Assembly (NCBI GenBank): GCA_044369655.1
Contig: JBILWX010000005.1
Location: 2,476-66,475 of the forward strand
Source: Pirellulales bacterium
GTDB taxonomy: Bacteria; Planctomycetota; Planctomycetia; Pirellulales; UBA1268
Direction of reading: 5' to 3'
Length of the DNA stretch: 64,000 nucleotides
A program made the position numbers and the translations under genes. Positions 55,299 to 64,000 of the stretch are shown piece after piece (position 1 is the stretch's first letter; each line of letters opens with the position of its first letter). The notes below the pieces were generated by a model. It saw only the letters and a list, made by a program, of their open reading frames with translations, searched no databases and was not told where the DNA came from.

Positions 55299-56771
55299 AT
55301 GGCAAGGTCCGTGGCATTGGCAGTCGATCTGGGGGCCTCCGGGGGACGGGTCGTTTCCGGAGCCTTCGACGGCAGGCTGCTGGAATTGGAGGAGATTCAC
55401 CGTTTTGAAAACGGGCCGGTCGCCATGGGCGGCGAACTGGTGTGGGATCTGGTGCGACTCTGGCAGGAGGTGGTCGACGGCCTGCGGGCGGCCGCTGCCC
55501 GCCACGGCCGCACGGTCTCGAGCGTCGGCGTCGACACCTGGGGCGTCGACTTCTCGTTCCTGACGGCCGATGACGCGTTGCTGGCCAATCCGGTCTGCTA
55601 CCGCGATTCCCGCACCCAGGGAATGCTCGCAGCGGCCGAGGCGATCGTGCCACGCGATCAAATCTTCGCGGCCACCGGCCTGCAGTTCATGGAACTGAAC
55701 TCGCTCTATCAACTGCTCGCGCTCAAGCGGCGTCACCCGACCGTGCTGGCGTCAGCCGACCGGTTGCTCATGATGCCCGACCTCGTCCACTGGCTGTTGT
55801 CGGGCGAGCGCTCGAACGAGCGGACCAACGCCACCACGACGCAGTGTTTCGATCCCCGACGCCGAGACTGGGCCTTCGACATGCTCGATCGGTTCGGGCT
55901 GCCCCGCCACGTGTTCGGACCGCTCGTCGAGCCGGGCTTGAATCTGGGGCCTCTGCGGCCCGAGGTGGCGGCAGAGACGGGACTCTCGGGCGTACGGGTG
56001 ACGGTGCCGGGCACGCACGATACCGCCAGCGCCGTGGCCGCGGTGCCCGCACTCGAGCCCCCCTGCAGCCGACCGGATTGGTGTTATGTGAGCCTCGGCA
56101 CCTGGGCCCTGGTGGGCGCCGAGATCGATAACCCGCTTGTCACACCGGAATGCCTGAGTCGCAACTTCACCAACGAGGGCGGCGTGGGCGGCACGACCCG
56201 CCTGCTCAAGAATGTCTGTGGACTGTGGCTCGTGCAGCAATGCCGCGCACGTTGGCAGCGGGCCGGCCAGGCCTGGAGCTGGGACCGACTCACGTCGCTC
56301 GCGGCCGAGGCAACTCCGCTGGCGACGCTCGTCGACCCCAACCATCCCGCGCTGGTCGCGCCGGCCGACATGCCCGAGGCGATCCGCAGCCTCGCCCGCA
56401 GTGCCGGGGAGCCCGTGCCGGAGACGACCGGTGCCGTCATCCGCGCCGCCCTCGAGAGCGTCGCCGCCGCGGTTCGCAAGACGCTCGAGGAACTCGACGG
56501 CTTGCTCGGCCACCGGGTGGGGCGAATTCATGTCGTGGGCGGCGGCGTCAAGAACGCACTGCTCTGCCAAATGATCGCCGATGCGACGAACCGCCCCGTG
56601 GTGGCCGGGCCGGTGGAGGCGACCGCGATCGGCAATCTGCTCGTGCAACTCGTCGCTCGCGATGGTGCGGTCGATCTTCACGCCGTGCGATCGGTGGTTC
56701 GTGACAGCTTCGAGCTGACGCACTACGAGCCACGAGACGCCGCCCGCTGGAACGACCGCCTGCGCTCGTGA
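55299..56771 (+). CDS. rhaB: Rhamnulokinase (FGGY family)
   Basis: AVDLGASGGR, GVDTWGVDF, YRDSRT, HDTASAV, FTNEGG, EATAIGN; AGGAG ribosome-binding site. Confidence 0.9.
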   Translation: MARSVALAVDLGASGGRVVSGAFDGRLLELEEIHRFENGPVAMGGELVWDLVRLWQEVVDGLRAAAARHGRTVSSVGVDTWGVDFSFLTADDALLANPVCYRDSRTQGMLAAAEAIVPRDQIFAATGLQFMELNSLYQLLALKRRHPTVLASADRLLMMPDLVHWLLSGERSNERTNATTTQCFDPRRRDWAFDMLDRFGLPRHVFGPLVEPGLNLGPLRPEVAAETGLSGVRVTVPGTHDTASAVAAVPALEPPCSRPDWCYVSLGTWALVGAEIDNPLVTPECLSRNFTNEGGVGGTTRLLKNVCGLWLVQQCRARWQRAGQAWSWDRLTSLAAEATPLATLVDPNHPALVAPADMPEAIRSLARSAGEPVPETTGAVIRAALESVAAAVRKTLEELDGLLGHRVGRIHVVGGGVKNALLCQMIADATNRPVVAGPVEATAIGNLLVQLVARDGAVDLHAVRSVVRDSFELTHYEPRDAARWNDRLRS

Positions 56772-56798
56772 CGTCGTGAAACCGCCGCCGGGCGTGCC

Positions 56799-57170
56799 TT
56801 ACTGTTGCAAGGCGCTGACGACGATCAGCGACAAGAGCGCTCCCACCACCAGGACAGCCGCCCAGACCGCACGGCTGAGCCAGACCCGTGCCCGCATCGC
56901 GTCCTGCTCCTGCTGTAGGCGTTCCGTCTCGCGCTTGTGCTCAAGGCTCGATTCGGCCGACAGCACGAAAAATTCATTGCACTTGGGGCAGACGACCCGT
57001 TGCCCAAGCATCGACTCCGACACCTCGAGCACGTGCCCCCGCGGACAGGGCACATGGAGTTTGGCGTCGTGCGTTCCAGCAGGTGTCCTGCAGATCGGAC
57101 AGACGCTTCGACCGGCGTCGGACACACTCGGCCCACGGTAGCCACAGATGCAGGAGATGGAATCGGCCAT
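56799..57170 (-). CDS. Double zinc-ribbon protein with a C-terminal TM helix
   Basis: CICG, CPIC, CPRGH, CPKC, then a coiled coil and a hydrophobic tail. Confidence 0.75.
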   Translation of the reverse strand: MADSISCICGYRGPSVSDAGRSVCPICRTPAGTHDAKLHVPCPRGHVLEVSESMLGQRVVCPKCNEFFVLSAESSLEHKRETERLQQEQDAMRARVWLSRAVWAAVLVVGALLSLIVVSALQQ

Positions 57171-57182
57171 GTCCGAAGTCTA

Positions 57183-59132
57183 TCACGCCGCCCGATGCTG
57201 CGACGCCGGCTTCTTCGTGGCGGTGCCGTGCTCGACATGCACGATCGAGTCGGCAAGCGCCAGCGTGCTGGCCCTGTGGGTGATCATGATCACGGTGCGG
57301 TTTTCCACGTAGCGTGCAAGTGATTCGTGAATCAGCCGCTCGCTCTCCACGTCGATCTGGCTGGTCGCCTCGTCGAGCACGAGGATCTCGGCATCCCGCA
57401 GAATCGCTCGCGCCAGCGCGATCCGCTGTCGCTGACCGCCCGAGAGGCGAAAGCCGTTCGGTCCGACCATGGTGCGATAGCCGTCCGGGAAATCGGCGAT
57501 GAACTCGTGGGCGTGCGCCTGTTTGGCGGCCGAGATGATCTCCTCCTCGGTGGCATCCCAGCGGCCGTAACGGATGTTGTAGAGGATCGACTCGTTGAAC
57601 AGTTCGGTCTGCTGGGTCACCAGCGAGATCCGTCGGCGGACGTCGTGCAGTGCCAGGTCGGTGAGCGACACGCCGTCGAGCATCACGTCTCCCGACGTGG
57701 GGTCGTAGAAGCGGCAAATGAGGTTGATGAGCGTGCTCTTTCCCCCTCCGTTGGGCCCCACGATCGCCACCCGCTCGCCAAACCGGATGGACAGGTTCAC
57801 GTTCTTCACGACCGTGTCGATGCCATCGTAGCTGAACGACACGTTCCGCAGGCTGATTTCCCGGTGCGGAGAGGGGAGACTTTTCGGCGCCGCCGCCTCG
57901 CGGAGCTTCGAGGGCGTGTCGAGCAGCGGATAGAGCGATTGGGCACCGACGATCCCCAGGTTCAGACCGGTGAGCACGCCGGAGAGCTTGCGGACCGGGT
58001 CGCTGGCGCCGATCAGCATGCCGAAGAAAACCATGATCCCCGGCACGGTCATGGGACGGTCCGTCATCGTGATGCCGAAGATCTGGGTCTGCTGGTTGAT
58101 CACCAGCCAGGCGCCGACGGCGATCGACGTGGCCACCATGCCGATGCCGAGAATCTCGGTGATGGGATTCGCCAGCGCGAAGTAGAAGGTGTGCCACATG
58201 CCGGTACGGAGCATGTCGCCCGTGCAGTTACGGAACCGCTGTCGCTCGAAATCCTCCATCGTGTAGGCCTGCACGGTCAGCACGTTGTTGAGGGTCTCGA
58301 GCAGCACGTGATGGAAGCCCTTGGAACGCGCGAGAATGTGTTTGGAAACGCTGCGGATGCGGCGGTTCAGCCAGACCATCAGGAACCCGACGATCGGCGC
58401 CAGCGTCAGGCAGGCGAGGGTGAGCTGCCAGGAGATGCAGAAGGCACCGGCGAGGCAGGCGACGATCTTCAGCGGTTCCGTGATGGCGCCGCCGTAGACG
58501 GCGGTGATGCCGCCGGCAAGCATGTCGGTGGTGTGGGTCAACTGCGACATGAAGCCGGCCGAACCGTGCCGCATGAACTGCGCCCTGTCGAGTTCGATCG
58601 CCTTGTCGAACACGCGCAGACGGAGGTCGCGGCTGATGTTCATCGCCACCCAGCCCACCATCATCGTGCTGGCAAGCAGGAATGCGTGCTTCAGAAACGT
58701 GCTGACGACGATCAGGCCCACGACCAGCAGCACCGTTTGGAACGGGTCGGTCGGCAACAGCCGGTCGAGCCAGGGGGCGAGTTTCCGAGCAGAATAGGCG
58801 ATCGCCTCGTCACGACGGCGGTCCATGACGAGTGTGTCCAGGCGGCTGCGGGCCGTGGTGGCGGCTGCGGGCTCGAGCGATCCGGCCGCCAGCGTCTCCT
58901 CGAGCGCGGTCGTTTCCCGGCCAGCAGCCTCGATACGGTCCACCGCGGCGGCGATCCGCCGGCCGTTCCATGACTGCAGCGACTCGCCGTTGAGCGTCAC
59001 CTCGATGACCGGAAAGAGGGCGGCGATGTTGGCGCCCCACAGCCCGGCGACGCAGGCCGAGCAGAAGAACGCCGCGAGAAGGAAAGGCCAGCTTTTGACC
59101 GCGTCGCGAAGCGCTCGAAAAAAGTGATTCAT
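57183..59132 (-). CDS. ABC exporter, fused permease/ATPase (MsbA-like)
   Basis: TM domain; GPNGGGKS, LSGGQRQR, LDEATS, ITHR. Confidence 0.93.
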   Translation of the reverse strand: MNHFFRALRDAVKSWPFLLAAFFCSACVAGLWGANIAALFPVIEVTLNGESLQSWNGRRIAAAVDRIEAAGRETTALEETLAAGSLEPAAATTARSRLDTLVMDRRRDEAIAYSARKLAPWLDRLLPTDPFQTVLLVVGLIVVSTFLKHAFLLASTMMVGWVAMNISRDLRLRVFDKAIELDRAQFMRHGSAGFMSQLTHTTDMLAGGITAVYGGAITEPLKIVACLAGAFCISWQLTLACLTLAPIVGFLMVWLNRRIRSVSKHILARSKGFHHVLLETLNNVLTVQAYTMEDFERQRFRNCTGDMLRTGMWHTFYFALANPITEILGIGMVATSIAVGAWLVINQQTQIFGITMTDRPMTVPGIMVFFGMLIGASDPVRKLSGVLTGLNLGIVGAQSLYPLLDTPSKLREAAAPKSLPSPHREISLRNVSFSYDGIDTVVKNVNLSIRFGERVAIVGPNGGGKSTLINLICRFYDPTSGDVMLDGVSLTDLALHDVRRRISLVTQQTELFNESILYNIRYGRWDATEEEIISAAKQAHAHEFIADFPDGYRTMVGPNGFRLSGGQRQRIALARAILRDAEILVLDEATSQIDVESERLIHESLARYVENRTVIMITHRASTLALADSIVHVEHGTATKKPASQHRAA

Positions 59133-59351
59133 GTACCGCAGCTTTCGGCATGCCAGGAGAAAATGGTTCCTCCTGCATCGGAACGACCACGCCTACGACC
59201 CTACCGGGGACCGTCGGACGACGGCACGGGCAGGATGCACGGGGCCGGGCAAACTGGGATGTCTGTCCCGGTGCGCGATCCCATGCGCGGCGAGAGAATA
59301 GGGATCCCCCCGCCGTGTGGCAAGCTGAATTGGCTGCACAAAGTCGACGCG

Positions 59352-60238
<887 letters not shown>

Positions 60239-60242
<4 letters not shown>

Positions 60243-60598
60243 GACGACTGCCCGCCCGCGCCCACAGGCCGGCCGGCGCCATCCTGCTCACGCATATACA
60301 TCATTCGCAACTGGTGCTGGATTTCCTCCAACATACGCCTCTCGTCCTCGGTCAGGTTGCCGGCCGTCTTTTGCTCCAGCATCGTGAGCGTGTCGATGAA
60401 ATGACGCGCCGTCGGCAGGTTGCGGTGTGCCTGCTTGGTGATCGGATTCGGAATGCGGCCCAGTGCCATCAGCGCCTGAGTAAAGAGGGTATGGGCGAGG
60501 AACTCGAACGTCGCCGGCGGCGATTGCCCCGGAAGGGAATCCCCTGCGGATCCGCTCTCTGCGGACGGCCCGTCGTCACCGTCGTTGGCTGCGTTCAT
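60239..60598 (-). CDS. DUF1844 domain protein
   Basis: QALMALGRIPNP, ARHFIDTLTMLEQKTAGNLT. Confidence 0.85.
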
Positions 60599-60609
60599 GG
60601 CGGTTCTCC

Positions 60610-63559
<2,950 letters not shown>

Positions 63560-63673
63560 GGTCGACGCCGAGTCACGCCGCCCCCAGGGCCCCCGCAGAA
63601 CTGGTGTCGACCCAGAGGGCCGGGACGGGCTAGTCTACGACCCGGCCCGTTTCTCGCTGCGAAGGGATGAATC

Positions 63674-64000
63674 ATGCGAACGATTTCCACCCGGTTGGTC
63701 TCCCGTGGGTCGGTCTGGTTCTTGGTCTCGTACACGGTGGCATGCTGTTGCCTCCGTCCGGCGCTGGCCCAGCCCGTCGGCGGCGAACCGGAGGTCCAGA
63801 CCGTGGTGGGGGCTCGGCAGGCGCTCGACCAGTTCTTCACGAATCCCGGCGAAGCGCTGCCGGCGACGATGCTGCAGAAGGCCGAGGGCGTCGCGATTTT
63901 CCCCAATATGATCAAGGGAGGATTCATTCTCGGCGTGAACTACGGCCGCGGCGTGCTGCACGTCCGCAACCCTGATCGCACCTGGAGCCCGCCGGTGATG
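63674..64000 (+). CDS. Lipid-binding SYLF (Ysc84) domain protein, 3' truncated; absent from the ORF track because no stop lies in the window
   Basis: Manual translation: signal peptide, then LQKAEGVAIFPNMIKGGFILGVNYGRGVL...WSPP. Confidence 0.85.
   Translation, partial: MRTISTRLVSRGSVWFLVSYTVACCCLRPALAQPVGGEPEVQTVVGARQALDQFFTNPGEALPATMLQKAEGVAIFPNMIKGGFILGVNYGRGVLHVRNPDRTWSPPVM

Noticed and set aside
63617..63655. Intrinsic terminator after DAHP synthase
   Set aside because: 8-bp stem but a 16-nt loop and weak U tract; could equally overlap the next promoter

Overview
High-GC (roughly 65-70% by eye) bacterial chromosomal segment, most likely from a planctomycete. This is supported by the PVC-superphylum signature small basic protein, a planctomycete-style pilM operon, several Hanks kinases and Pro/Ala-rich secreted hypothetical proteins. 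Content is mostly core: maf (partial), clpS, serS, an S1-domain protein, tRNA-Leu(GAG), sppA, hemY, tadA, gltA, a SurA/PpiC-like protein, mfd, ilvB, cmk, plsC, cysH, rhaB, an MsbA-like ABC transporter, folD, pyrG, DAHP synthase and a SYLF protein (partial). No transposase, integrase, rRNA or CRISPR array was seen. Highlights: (1) a ~131-bp intergenic element in two copies whose differences include five compensatory base-pair changes, plus an unrelated 124-bp tandem repeat; both carry CA(N)GGATG-capped hairpins (REP/MITE-like, or CsrA-binding). (2) A three-gene beta-oxidation operon with an acyl-CoA synthetase::acyl-CoA dehydrogenase fusion that has a perfect internal Shine-Dalgarno and in-frame ATG in its linker. 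(3) A complete Anbu / circularly permuted ATP-grasp / Alpha-E / transglutaminase system with Anbu divergently transcribed. (4) Atypical kinases and apparently degenerate glycoside-hydrolase-like proteins. All calls are from motif recognition by eye; many start codons were re-chosen relative to the ORF track and are estimates.
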